From the NCBI GenBank assembly GCA_007376145.1, contig VMFP01000003.1:28741-92740 (forward strand): a DNA stretch of 64,000 bases. The letters are read 5' to 3'. Numbering within the stretch: the stretch's first letter is position 1; each line of letters opens with the position of its first letter. The position numbers and the translations under genes are program-made. The notes beneath the pieces were generated by a model. It ran no database searches. It was not told where the DNA came from and saw nothing but the letters and a program-made list of their open reading frames with translations. Of the stretch, positions 17,982 to 26,183 are shown piece after piece. Source of the stretch: Parcubacteria group bacterium Gr01-1014_38 (lineage in GTDB: Bacteria; Patescibacteriota; Andersenbacteria; UBA10190; CAIZMI01).

Positions 17982-18077
17982 TTACTTGGCTTCACACATC
18001 AATAAAGGGACATTTCTTTTCTCGTCCGTGATGAGTTCACATTCCACAAGGCGCAGGGATTGATTGCTATTTCCCAT
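17982..18077 (-). pseudogene. Possible C-terminal remnant of a lost upstream operon gene
   Basis: 31-codon frame (..LRLVECELITDEKRNVPLLMCEAK*) ends 2 nt before the next ATG and is cut off by the repeat region. Confidence 0.3.
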
Positions 18078-18112
18078 GCAGGAAGCGTGTCATAACACAG
18101 CGATCTCGTCCA

Positions 18113-18162
18113 AAATGAGACACGGAGGCTTCCTCCTTTATACTGTCTCATTTGTCTCATTT
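18113..18162. repeat. Iteron-like 10-bp repeats
   Basis: TGTCTCATTT at 18144-18153 and 18153-18162, plus inverted AAATGAGACA at 18113-18122. Confidence 0.7.
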
Positions 18163-18190
18163 CCCTCTCAAACCCCCGAAAGTTGCGCCC

Positions 18191-18315
18191 CGACCCACTC
18201 CCCTCCCCGTATCTAGAAAAGCGTCCGAAAAATCCCTAAACTCCCTCGAGGGGTCCGGGTTCCAGACCCATATGTCCCGCCAGGAATACTTTTTATCGGC
18301 AGACCTACATGGTTA
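18191..18315 (+). repeat. Two adjacent GACCCA-family repeat units, including copy 2 of the 31-bp repeat
   Basis: CGACCCA..AAATCCCT..GGGTC (18191-18255), then GACCCATATGTCCC..CATGGTTA (18265-18315). Confidence 0.7.
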
Positions 18316-18335
18316 GATAGTTTTAAAATGATTTT

Positions 18336-19292
18336 ATGCTTACCCACACCGATATTCATTATCTAGTTGGTTTACTTACTAGAGTGGAGGAAGCTGACGA
18401 TGTCATCGTTGAGTTAGGCGATATGGTGTACGACTCAGCGGCCAATGAAGAGAGGGACGTAGATATTACTGTTACATATACTGATAAGAACGGTGAAAAA
18501 ACTGCCTACAAAGGTGTTGAAGTTAAGGATCATAGTAGACCGCTTGATGTCCAAAAGGTTGAAGAGCTTTGCCAGAAGCTTGCAGACATGCCAGACATTA
18601 CACATAAAGCAATTGTTTCGGCGAGCGGCTATAGAGACGGTGCGATAAAAAAGGCTCAAGCACATGGAGTAGAGTTGTTGGAAATAGCTGATTGGCTAAA
18701 TCCGTACGAGGGATTCAACGTGAAGTTTACTGATAATGCTCTCACTCTAATTGAGCCCGAGTGGGTAGATGGTCCTCATGTGCGTATTAATGTCGCAAAG
18801 AAAGATATTGATGATCTATCGGGCGAATATCAAAACAATCCACGAGTATGCAATAAATTGGGTGATACGTATCCTCATGCAGTGGATCTCAATACCTTGA
18901 GCCGGTATGCTCACAGCACCGTATCGAATAAGATTCAGTGGCAGACTGATCCAATTCGCGTGAGGCACGGTGAAAGTATTCCTATACACACCGCTGTGCT
19001 TTTTTCAGAAGCACCATATATTAAACTTCGCAACAAACTGGTTTTAGTAGAAAATTGTACGGTTACCGGCGAAATTTACTGCATAGTTCACGACAAGCCC
19101 GCGTTCAGGGTATTGCGACAATATGGCAGCGAAAAACCAATCTCAGGCTGTATAATGGTTGAGCTAAAGAACCATAATCTTACGGGTATATCCGTGAGTA
19201 ATTCGAATAACAAAATTACTGCCCTCAACATTCCGTACGCCGATCGTGTAAAGAAGACGATACGTAAACATCGAATCGGAAGACGGGACTGA
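18336..19292 (+). CDS. Mrr-like PD-(D/E)xK restriction endonuclease
   Basis: ERDVDITV..GVEVKDHSRPLDVQKVEEL..AIVSASGYRDGAIKKAQAHGVELL. AT-rich, no adjacent methylase. Confidence 0.8.
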   Translation: MLTHTDIHYLVGLLTRVEEADDVIVELGDMVYDSAANEERDVDITVTYTDKNGEKTAYKGVEVKDHSRPLDVQKVEELCQKLADMPDITHKAIVSASGYRDGAIKKAQAHGVELLEIADWLNPYEGFNVKFTDNALTLIEPEWVDGPHVRINVAKKDIDDLSGEYQNNPRVCNKLGDTYPHAVDLNTLSRYAHSTVSNKIQWQTDPIRVRHGESIPIHTAVLFSEAPYIKLRNKLVLVENCTVTGEIYCIVHDKPAFRVLRQYGSEKPISGCIMVELKNHNLTGISVSNSNNKITALNIPYADRVKKTIRKHRIGRRD

Positions 19293-19313
19293 ACACGCCC
19301 CATCATTCGCCTC

Positions 19314-19386
19314 CGACCCATATGTCCCAAGTTCACTCCCGAATTGACCTTTAATAAATCCCTCAATACACAAAAAACCATGGTTA
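19314..19386 (+). repeat. GACCCA-family intergenic repeat
   Basis: Shares GACCCATATGTCCC and CATGGTTA with 18265-18315. 19314-19371 matches 19972-20029 at 47/58 positions without gaps. Confidence 0.85.
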
Positions 19387-19396
19387 AACAAGAAGT

Positions 19397-19957
19397 ATGA
19401 GGGATGAAATCATTGAGAAACTAAATAAGCGTCTAGCCGAGGGTATTAACCGTGAATCCGATGTTGTCTATTTATTCGTTGAGATCCGGAAGTTATTTGA
19501 ACATGACGACTTGCCTCAGTATCCACAACTCAGGTTTTATGGAGATTGGGTAGTGCACACCAAGCTATCGAGAATACGTCGAGACGGCGCTTTGGCTGAA
19601 TATTTAGGAAGGATCAATGATGCAGTTGATATTAAGCGGCAGGGGGGTGAAGAACAGAATGTGACTACTCAAATTACTAACGCAATGTCTCTTGATCGTC
19701 TAAGAGAAGAAATGGTGACTTTCTTTCAAGAAAGAAGTTTGGACAGTCGCTTACTAGAAGTAGGCCAGTGGAGAAATTTTATAAAATGGCTCATCAGTAT
19801 TCTGATAGATACACCACTTGTGGCGTCTAACCACCCTGATTTCAACCTTATCAAGGAATTTTCGTTCGGCCCAAGCAAAGATGAAACTTCTGTTGCCAGC
19901 TACAAGATCGTGTGTGCAGATGGGACTACTGTTACCGGCCAAGTTTTTGTTAATTGA
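19397..19957 (+). CDS. Hypothetical protein (AT-rich, repeat-flanked)
   Basis: 186-aa ORF that fills the space between two repeats; LRFYGDWVVH motif. Confidence 0.7.
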   Translation: MRDEIIEKLNKRLAEGINRESDVVYLFVEIRKLFEHDDLPQYPQLRFYGDWVVHTKLSRIRRDGALAEYLGRINDAVDIKRQGGEEQNVTTQITNAMSLDRLREEMVTFFQERSLDSRLLEVGQWRNFIKWLISILIDTPLVASNHPDFNLIKEFSFGPSKDETSVASYKIVCADGTTVTGQVFVN

Positions 19958-19971
19958 TAATGCCACGTTTG

Positions 19972-20043
19972 CGACCCACATGCCTCAAAGTCACTTCCGA
20001 ATTGGCCCCTAATAAATCCCTTAACACACTGAACTATGTGGGT
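19972..20043 (+). repeat. GACCCA-family intergenic repeat with 8-bp terminal inverted repeat
   Basis: ACCCACAT (19974-19981)/ATGTGGGT (20036-20043); homologous to 19314-19371. Confidence 0.85.
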
Positions 20044-20103
20044 ACTGAACCCGGGTGGCCCGCCACCAGTATGAAATATCGGGACAGTCCGAAACTCCAT
20101 CCC

Positions 20104-20225
20104 TTGATCTTAAAGCTCCCAGAGCAGTATAGTATCCTCACGGTAGGTTTGACTTTCTTGGTTCCCTTATGCGAATATCAGCGTGTAGGTTTGGAGAAAA
20201 GAGCGAACTTACACCCTTATTCGTA
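20104..20225 (+). promoter_or_regulatory. Promoter and structured 5' leader of the RRM gene
   Basis: TTGATC-18-TATAGT; hairpin GCGAATA/TATTCGT enclosing GTGTAGGTT/AACTTACAC. Confidence 0.5.
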
Positions 20226-20236
20226 GAGAGAATGCT

Positions 20237-20557
20237 ATGTCAAAGAAGTTATATGTTGGCGGTCTTTCCTACGACACCACAGAGGCGTCGTTACAGGCAG
20301 CCTTTGCTCAGGCAGGAAGCGTTGCCTCAGCAACGGTCATTATGGACAGGATGAGCGGTAGTTCCAAAGGGTTCGGCTTCGTAGAGATGTCGACCGAGGA
20401 AGAAGCTCAAAAGGCTATTGAGATGCTCAATGGGAAAGAACTTGATGGCCGGACGATTACCGTTAATGAAGCTCGTCCGCAGACGGACAGGCCTCGACGC
20501 GATAGCTTTTCTCGCGATAACCGTGGCTTTCGCGGCGGCGGGAGAGGACGCTGGTAA
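20237..20557 (+). CDS. RRM (RNP-1) RNA-binding protein with Gly/Arg tail
   Basis: KLYVGGL (RNP2), KGFGFVEM (RNP1), GRTITVNEARP, RGGGRGRW. Confidence 0.95.
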   Translation: MSKKLYVGGLSYDTTEASLQAAFAQAGSVASATVIMDRMSGSSKGFGFVEMSTEEEAQKAIEMLNGKELDGRTITVNEARPQTDRPRRDSFSRDNRGFRGGGRGRW

Positions 20558-20563
20558 AGGTAA

Positions 20564-22063
20564 CTACACCCCGCATCCAGCATCACCCTGTGTCTGTGGG
20601 ACTAAGCCGCGGCTCGCGACTTCCTTCGCGACGGTTTCTGACCATCCACTGATTGTGGAGTAGTCCTTGCCGAGTACGATCTTCGGGTCTACGTCCTCCC
20701 AGTAGATGCTCTTCACCGCCTTGAAGTACAACGCGGTCTGGATGTAGTTGTGCGGGAACCAGAAGGCGTTGAAGGCGAGGGCTTCGCGGTACAGCTCGTC
20801 TTCCGTGAGCCCTTGGGAAGCACCGAGTTGCAGGAGGCCGAGGAGCGCAGAGCCGTGGTTGCAGTCTTGGAAGAACGTCGAGTTGTTGCAGCACGGACGA
20901 TAGGAGTTCTGGGCAATCCTTGTGACCAGTGCTTCCTGCTCGGGCGTGAGGGGCACAATCGAGAACTTGTTGAAGTATGTCCCACCGTTTTCCTCTTTCC
21001 CGAGATTCCATCCACCCGTGGAAGCAAAGTTGAAGAGTTTGTCTCCGGCAATGGGACTGTCTCTGTTTGTGGGCATGAAGTTGGCGAGGCCGAGCGGCCA
21101 GAGGAGGTTGACGTGATAGTTCGCGTTCTCGCGGGTGAGGAGAATCGGTTTTTCTGACGGTTCATCGAGAACTGTTTTCAGCTCCTGTGGGAGCCCACCG
21201 CGGTCCTTGTACAACGCCTCGAACTTCGCACCGTCAATGACGCCGTGCTCAACAAGTCGCAGAACACTGTCACCGAGACGAATCTTGCTCGGGAACCCCT
21301 GCTCGGGAAGAACCTTCTTCACCACTTCCTCGAAGAGGGGGTTGCTCGTTGCAGCGGCTGCTCTCGCGTCTTGCAGTTGATTGTCGTTGGGGTTGAGAAT
21401 CCTCCGGGTGAAGAGACGTGCGACCGCCGGGTCGTCTTTCAGCATGTTCCAGCCGAGAACCAGAAGGCTGACCATTGCCGCGAGGAGCAGAAGCAACCAC
21501 CGACGGTCAGTCTCTTTGAAGGAGGCGTCGCGCGGGACGGGGCAGGCCTCCGTGCCGCAGGCGAACCGTCGGAGTTCTCGCGTCGTCAGCCATATGGGCA
21601 GTGCCAGGAGAGCGAAAGAGAGTACTTTCAGTTCGAGGCCTTGCAGCGGGAACGCTGCGAGGCCCGCGGTGATCCCGATGGCCGACAGGATGACAGACCC
21701 GCAGACCGGGCACGCGGACGCCGCCACGCCAACAAGAGACCCGATGCCTGTGCCGCCCTGCCACGTGAGCTTCGGTGGCCCGTACTTTCGCCAGCGGTAC
21801 GTAAAGAGTGCGGCATTCGCGCCAAAGAGCACAATCGTCCCTGCCGTCAGAAGCACGTACGGCCAGAAGTACAACGGCACTCCTGCCGTGTTCTGGATAA
21901 TGCTCGCGATGCTGGAGTTGAGACGCAGACTCCAGTAGAAGACGAAGGCGAGCGCGAGCGACGCGACGACGCCGATCGAGCCATAGAACAGGCGGGTGAG
22001 CGCTTTGATGTCCTGCGCGTTCAGCGCACGCGGTGTGCTCTCTGTGGTCGCTATGATGTCCAT
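20564..22063 (-). CDS. Multi-TM membrane protein with Cys motifs and a large extracytoplasmic domain
   Basis: About 5 TM helices with ACPVCG and CGTEACP; C-terminal PCCNN..DCNHG and terminal GCGV. Confidence 0.75.
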   Translation of the reverse strand: MDIIATTESTPRALNAQDIKALTRLFYGSIGVVASLALAFVFYWSLRLNSSIASIIQNTAGVPLYFWPYVLLTAGTIVLFGANAALFTYRWRKYGPPKLTWQGGTGIGSLVGVAASACPVCGSVILSAIGITAGLAAFPLQGLELKVLSFALLALPIWLTTRELRRFACGTEACPVPRDASFKETDRRWLLLLLAAMVSLLVLGWNMLKDDPAVARLFTRRILNPNDNQLQDARAAAATSNPLFEEVVKKVLPEQGFPSKIRLGDSVLRLVEHGVIDGAKFEALYKDRGGLPQELKTVLDEPSEKPILLTRENANYHVNLLWPLGLANFMPTNRDSPIAGDKLFNFASTGGWNLGKEENGGTYFNKFSIVPLTPEQEALVTRIAQNSYRPCCNNSTFFQDCNHGSALLGLLQLGASQGLTEDELYREALAFNAFWFPHNYIQTALYFKAVKSIYWEDVDPKIVLGKDYSTISGWSETVAKEVASRGLVPQTQGDAGCGV

Positions 22064-22081
22064 GGTCTTGGTCTCCCTCCA

Positions 22082-22678
22082 CTAGGAATGATGATGCTCA
22101 CTATCCCCGCCGCACCCGTCGGAAAAGTTCCAAACCTCCGTCACTTGCTCGCCCGTGAAGCCGTACTTCTGAATCAGGAGTTTTCCGAGTCCGCCGTACA
22201 CGTACCACCGCCAACATTTGCAGCAGCACGGGCCCTTCTCGCTGGAGTGCTCCATGGCATAGTCGTACGCTTGCTGCTGCTCGGACGTGAGCTGCGCGTC
22301 GTACATCGCCATGAGCTTCTTCGCGAGGCCCGCTTCAATGTTGTACGGGTCGGAAGGAATCTCGGTGATGTGGGCGTACTTCTTCAGTCCTTCAACTTGT
22401 TCGCTGTACCGATGGAGGCTCATCGGGCTGCAGCAGGAGCCGCGGAGATGCTCCATGTCGGGTATCGAAGCAATGGAATCTTTAAACGACGCCGAGCATG
22501 AGGAGTTCCCGTTCTTACTCAAGTACTCAAACTGCGCAGCACGTGCCTCGTTCACGGGACCAGATGGTGCCTGGCGTGAAGAAGGAGAAAAGTTGAAGAA
22601 CCGTTTTGGGGACGCAAAGACGAAGTAACCGAGCACAAGTATTGCTATGACTGTTGGGAGAAGAAATCGTTTGTTCAT
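22082..22678 (-). CDS. Membrane-anchored/secreted Cys-rich protein
   Basis: N-terminal hydrophobic helix; SCS, GSCCSPM, GPCCCKCW, DGCGGDSEHHHS. Confidence 0.75.
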   Translation of the reverse strand: MNKRFLLPTVIAILVLGYFVFASPKRFFNFSPSSRQAPSGPVNEARAAQFEYLSKNGNSSCSASFKDSIASIPDMEHLRGSCCSPMSLHRYSEQVEGLKKYAHITEIPSDPYNIEAGLAKKLMAMYDAQLTSEQQQAYDYAMEHSSEKGPCCCKCWRWYVYGGLGKLLIQKYGFTGEQVTEVWNFSDGCGGDSEHHHS

Positions 22679-22767
22679 GGATGGAGAAGGTTTTTGGGAT
22701 AAGCAAGAACTCCCCGGTCGCTTACGGCGCTGTCATGGACAGCGCGACCGAGAACGACGAACGGTGC

Positions 22768-23190
22768 TTATCCGCAGATTTTCGGATGCAGGATGCCCTG
22801 GGAGAAGGCGCGTTTCAGTGGTTCCAGTGGGGCGAACGCGAGAGCGAGAAGCCGGTATGCCTGGTACCGCGCCCGGATGATCCAGGCGTGTACGCGCAGG
22901 TCCCTCAGCCGGAAGAGAGCGACGCCGGGCGCCGAGAAAACGAACGACAGCGCGAGCGTTCCTCGATGCGGGACTGCAGTGAATAACTTCTGCCAAAGTG
23001 CGGTATGTTCGGTGGGGCTCATTCCACAGAGGCTCGCGGTCATCATGAGCGGGCAACCACTCATCTCTCCATTCATACTCAGCGCGTGCCACATGCCGAA
23101 AGCCCCCACGAGGAGGATCAGCAAGATGGCGAGCAGCGCACCCACGCGCATACCTTGAGAGAATGGCACCATACGGAGACCGGTAATCAT
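22768..23190 (-). CDS. Small Met/Cys/His-containing membrane protein
   Basis: TM LLAILLILLVGAFG, then MSGCPLMMTASLCGMSPTEH. ATGA overlap with the upstream small gene. Confidence 0.55.
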   Translation of the reverse strand: MITGLRMVPFSQGMRVGALLAILLILLVGAFGMWHALSMNGEMSGCPLMMTASLCGMSPTEHTALWQKLFTAVPHRGTLALSFVFSAPGVALFRLRDLRVHAWIIRARYQAYRLLALAFAPLEPLKRAFSQGILHPKICG

Positions 23191-23306
23191 TTCTTCGTCA
23201 CATACTTCCACAGAGCGGCAATCCCGAGCACAAGCGCCACCACCACGAGCGCATACAGTACCCACCCCCAGAACATCATCCCCGAGCCGTACGCACCGCT
23301 CATCAT
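23187..23306 (-). CDS. Tiny Met/Gly-rich single-TM protein
   Basis: MMSGAYGSGMMFWGWVLYALVVVALVLGIAALWKYVTKK; start uncertain. Confidence 0.55.
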   Translation of the reverse strand: MMSGAYGSGMMFWGWVLYALVVVALVLGIAALWKYVTKK

Positions 23307-23447
23307 GCTGAATCCATCATCATACGCATGGTACTCCTGTTTCCACTTCCAGACCCGTAGGTCCCGCCGCATTGATTCTCTGATCAAACAATGACGGCAA
23401 GTCGAGTCCCGTCGTTCCCTCTCTCCGTCATGCGGTAAGCTGCAGAC

Positions 23448-24827
23448 GTGGATATTCCTGAACCAATCCGTATGTTGGCTGAACGGGTCCGTGCTGCTGG
23501 TGGGCGCGCCTTACTCATCGGGGGAGCGGTTCGCGATCGGCTGCTTCAGCGGACGCCGGTGGATTTTGACGTGGAGATCTACGGACTTCCCCCCGAGACC
23601 GTTTTCGCGCTTGCCCAAGACGTCGGTGCCATCCGTGATGTGGGTCGAGCTTTTGGTGTGCTCGAGGCCCGCTTGCCGGGATGCACCATGCATATTTCTT
23701 TGCCGCGGCGCGAATCAAAGATTGCTCCGGGGCACCGCGGCTTTGCCATCGGCGTTGATCCCGCGATGGCTCCGGAAGACGCAGCCCGCCGGCGAGACTT
23801 CACGATGAACGCCATCGCCGAGGATCCGCTCACCGGGGAGATCCTCGACCCATTCCGTGGTCGCGCGGATCTCGAACAGCGACTCCTCCGGGTGGTTGAT
23901 CCGGAGCGGTTCAGAGAAGATCCCCTCCGCGTCCTCCGCGCCGCCGTCTTCGCGGCACAGTTCGAGCTCACCGTGGACCCGGAGACAGCGAAGGTGATCC
24001 GCCAGACTCTTCCCGAACTCCAGCGGCTTCATCGAGAGCGCATTGGAGAAGAATGGTGGAAGCTCCTCCTCCGGCCGCTGAAACCATCGCAGGGTCTGCG
24101 ACTCTTGATGGCGTGGGGTGCCCTCACGGTCCTCCACCCGGAATTCTCGAAGCTTCCCGAAACGTCGCAGAACCCCAAGTGGCATCCAGAGGACGATGTC
24201 TGGACGCACACCTGTCTGGCGGTGGATGAGGCGGCACAGCTGACGAGGGGACAGGGAGCAGAAAGCAGGGAACCGGGGGAGCTCGTCGAAGAGGATCGTT
24301 GGCAGGTGCTGCTCGCGACGCTCTGCCACGATCTGGGGAAGGCCGAAGCAACCGTCTGGCGGAACGGCGCTTGGCGAAGCCCAGGGCATGCTGCTGCCGG
24401 TGTCAGTTTCACGCGGACGTTCCTCCATTCGATTGCAGCGAGCCGGAAGACCACAGAAGTCGTCGTTCGGCTCGTCCGCGAGCACCTCCAACCGCTCCAC
24501 TTCTTCAATCAACAGCAGCGGGGAACTCCCGTGAGTGACGGAGCCATCCGGAAGCTCGCTCACCGCGTCCATCCCGCGAGCGTGTTTCTCCTGACGTTCG
24601 TCGCCGATGCGGATCATCGCGGGCGCGGTGCGTTCCCCGGCGGACGTCCCCCGGCCGCGGAGGCCGGTGAATATCTCCGGGTACGCGCCGCGTCTCTCGG
24701 CGTTCTTCACGGTCTACCGGCGCCTGTCCTGCGCGGGTCGGATCTCGTGAGTCTTGGTCTGCAGCCCGGCCCATCGTTTGCGGACATTCTCCGTGCGGCG
24801 GAACAAAAACGCGAGTTGTCCACATGA
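23448..24827 (+). CDS. cca: CCA-adding tRNA nucleotidyltransferase with HD domain
   Basis: GGAVRD..DFDVE, RRDFTMNA, EDPLRVLRA, HPEDDVWTH, LCHDLGK. TAAGCT -10 lies 6 nt before the GTG. Confidence 0.88.
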   Translation: MDIPEPIRMLAERVRAAGGRALLIGGAVRDRLLQRTPVDFDVEIYGLPPETVFALAQDVGAIRDVGRAFGVLEARLPGCTMHISLPRRESKIAPGHRGFAIGVDPAMAPEDAARRRDFTMNAIAEDPLTGEILDPFRGRADLEQRLLRVVDPERFREDPLRVLRAAVFAAQFELTVDPETAKVIRQTLPELQRLHRERIGEEWWKLLLRPLKPSQGLRLLMAWGALTVLHPEFSKLPETSQNPKWHPEDDVWTHTCLAVDEAAQLTRGQGAESREPGELVEEDRWQVLLATLCHDLGKAEATVWRNGAWRSPGHAAAGVSFTRTFLHSIAASRKTTEVVVRLVREHLQPLHFFNQQQRGTPVSDGAIRKLAHRVHPASVFLLTFVADADHRGRGAFPGGRPPAAEAGEYLRVRAASLGVLHGLPAPVLRGSDLVSLGLQPGPSFADILRAAEQKRELST

Positions 24828-26047
24828 TGCTGCCGGAGGGAAAGGGGTCGAAGTTTCCAGGGTCAGTTCCCCGGCCGTTCTTCGTGCTTGCTGCGCTCAT
24901 AGCGGGAGGGAGTGCGTTTGTCTTTCTTCTCCTTCTCGCCGCGTTCCTTCGGCACACGGCGGTCCCAGACGAGAGTCTGGCCCAACAATTAGCGGCGAAG
25001 ACGGTAGCGCCGAAGCAGGTGCTGGGGGTGGATACGGATGGAGACAAGCAACCGGATCGCACCGATCTCGATGACGATAACGACGGGTACGCGGATATCC
25101 ACGATCCGCTTCCGACGAGCGTGCGGAACCTCGATAATGACGAGCTCCCGGATGCAAAAGATACCGATGATGACAACGACGGGATCCCAGATAAAACGGA
25201 TCGGTATCCCCTCGACCAAAACAATAATGGGGAGTCTGACACTTTGGAACGCCGTCGGCTCGGTCGGCGCTTTGATGGGGATCGTGACGGGAAACCGGAC
25301 ATTGCCGAGTGGGTTGGTGTCGCGCGCGCCGAGGCCCGAAAGCTTGGCGTGGTTGCTTCCGACTCTTGGAGTAATTTTGCGGATATTCCGAAAGAGGTCC
25401 TGCGACATCTCCCGGAGGGGTGGTATGCCGGCGTGTGCGCGGATCGGGACAACGATGGTATCCCGGATGGTCAGGATAAGGTGGTTTCCGGCGGCGGATC
25501 CTATGAGTCGTACACGCACGGGGGAAAGTGGGAGAAGCAGTACGTTGATCTCGCGGCGAAGAAAGACGCCATAACAGCCGGGTTCATCGATCGGCAGGTC
25601 GTGCGCGATGCCGGGCTGCCCTGTATGCCGGAGGTTGATCCCGGCTGCGCGTTTAGTGAACAGATTCGGCGGACGTACGAGGAAGAGCTCCGCCGACGGT
25701 TCGGGAGCGGGAAATACGAAATTCCTCGGTATGAGACTCCGAAGGATTGGCCGCCGCCGGGCTATGTCCCAGGGAGCGGGCTGGCATCGTCGGGAGGATC
25801 CGATCCCTACGCCAGTTTCTACGGATCTATCCCCGAACACGAGAAGCAGTACTACCCGACGCACCAGTACAGCACTTCGGGAGGGTCGTATCCGTCATCC
25901 GGTCAGTACTCTTCTGGCGGCACTTCAGAAGGATACACACCGCCGTCAGGAGGGTATTACTCGGCTCCTCCTCCGGACTCGGGCGTCCACTACTACTCGG
26001 AACCGCCTCCGCCTCCTCCTCCACTGCCACCTCCGCCGCCTCCATAG
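24824..26047 (+). CDS. Membrane-anchored protein with thrombospondin type-3-like Ca-binding repeats and poly-Pro tail
   Basis: N-terminal TM; repeated DxDxDG motifs (DTDGDK, DDDNDG, DRDGDG, DRDNDG); Y/S/G-rich region, then PPPPPPPLPPPPPP. Confidence 0.75.
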   Translation: MMLPEGKGSKFPGSVPRPFFVLAALIAGGSAFVFLLLLAAFLRHTAVPDESLAQQLAAKTVAPKQVLGVDTDGDKQPDRTDLDDDNDGYADIHDPLPTSVRNLDNDELPDAKDTDDDNDGIPDKTDRYPLDQNNNGESDTLERRRLGRRFDGDRDGKPDIAEWVGVARAEARKLGVVASDSWSNFADIPKEVLRHLPEGWYAGVCADRDNDGIPDGQDKVVSGGGSYESYTHGGKWEKQYVDLAAKKDAITAGFIDRQVVRDAGLPCMPEVDPGCAFSEQIRRTYEEELRRRFGSGKYEIPRYETPKDWPPPGYVPGSGLASSGGSDPYASFYGSIPEHEKQYYPTHQYSTSGGSYPSSGQYSSGGTSEGYTPPSGGYYSAPPPDSGVHYYSEPPPPPPPLPPPPPP

Positions 26048-26055
26048 TGAGTCTT

Positions 26056-26080
26056 CCCCGGTCTCCATGGCCGGGGTTTT
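26056..26080 (+). terminator. Rho-independent terminator
   Basis: CCCCGGTC-TCCAT-GGCCGGGG-TTTT. Confidence 0.7.
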
Positions 26081-26140
26081 CTGATCCAGCTTGTACTCTT
26101 GGTTCTGAAGAGTATCTGCGTGCGCGCTTCCGCAGGTGCC

Positions 26141-26169
26141 TTGAAGCGGGAGCGACCGGGCGCTATGCT
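26141..26169 (+). promoter_or_regulatory. dnaG promoter
   Basis: TTGAAG-17-TATGCT, 14 nt before the ATG. Confidence 0.5.
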
Positions 26170-26183
26170 CAGCGCTATCTGCA

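Noticed and set aside
18191..20043. CRISPR array or classical integron attC array
   Set aside because: Units are separated by whole genes and are degenerate. There are no RYYYAAC/GTTRRRY boxes and no cas or intI gene in the window.
19164..20100. Similar minus-strand peptides (GFIKGQFGS / GFIRGQFGS) as a small-protein family
   Set aside because: The similarity is confined to the DNA repeat, and the ORFs run antisense into real genes.
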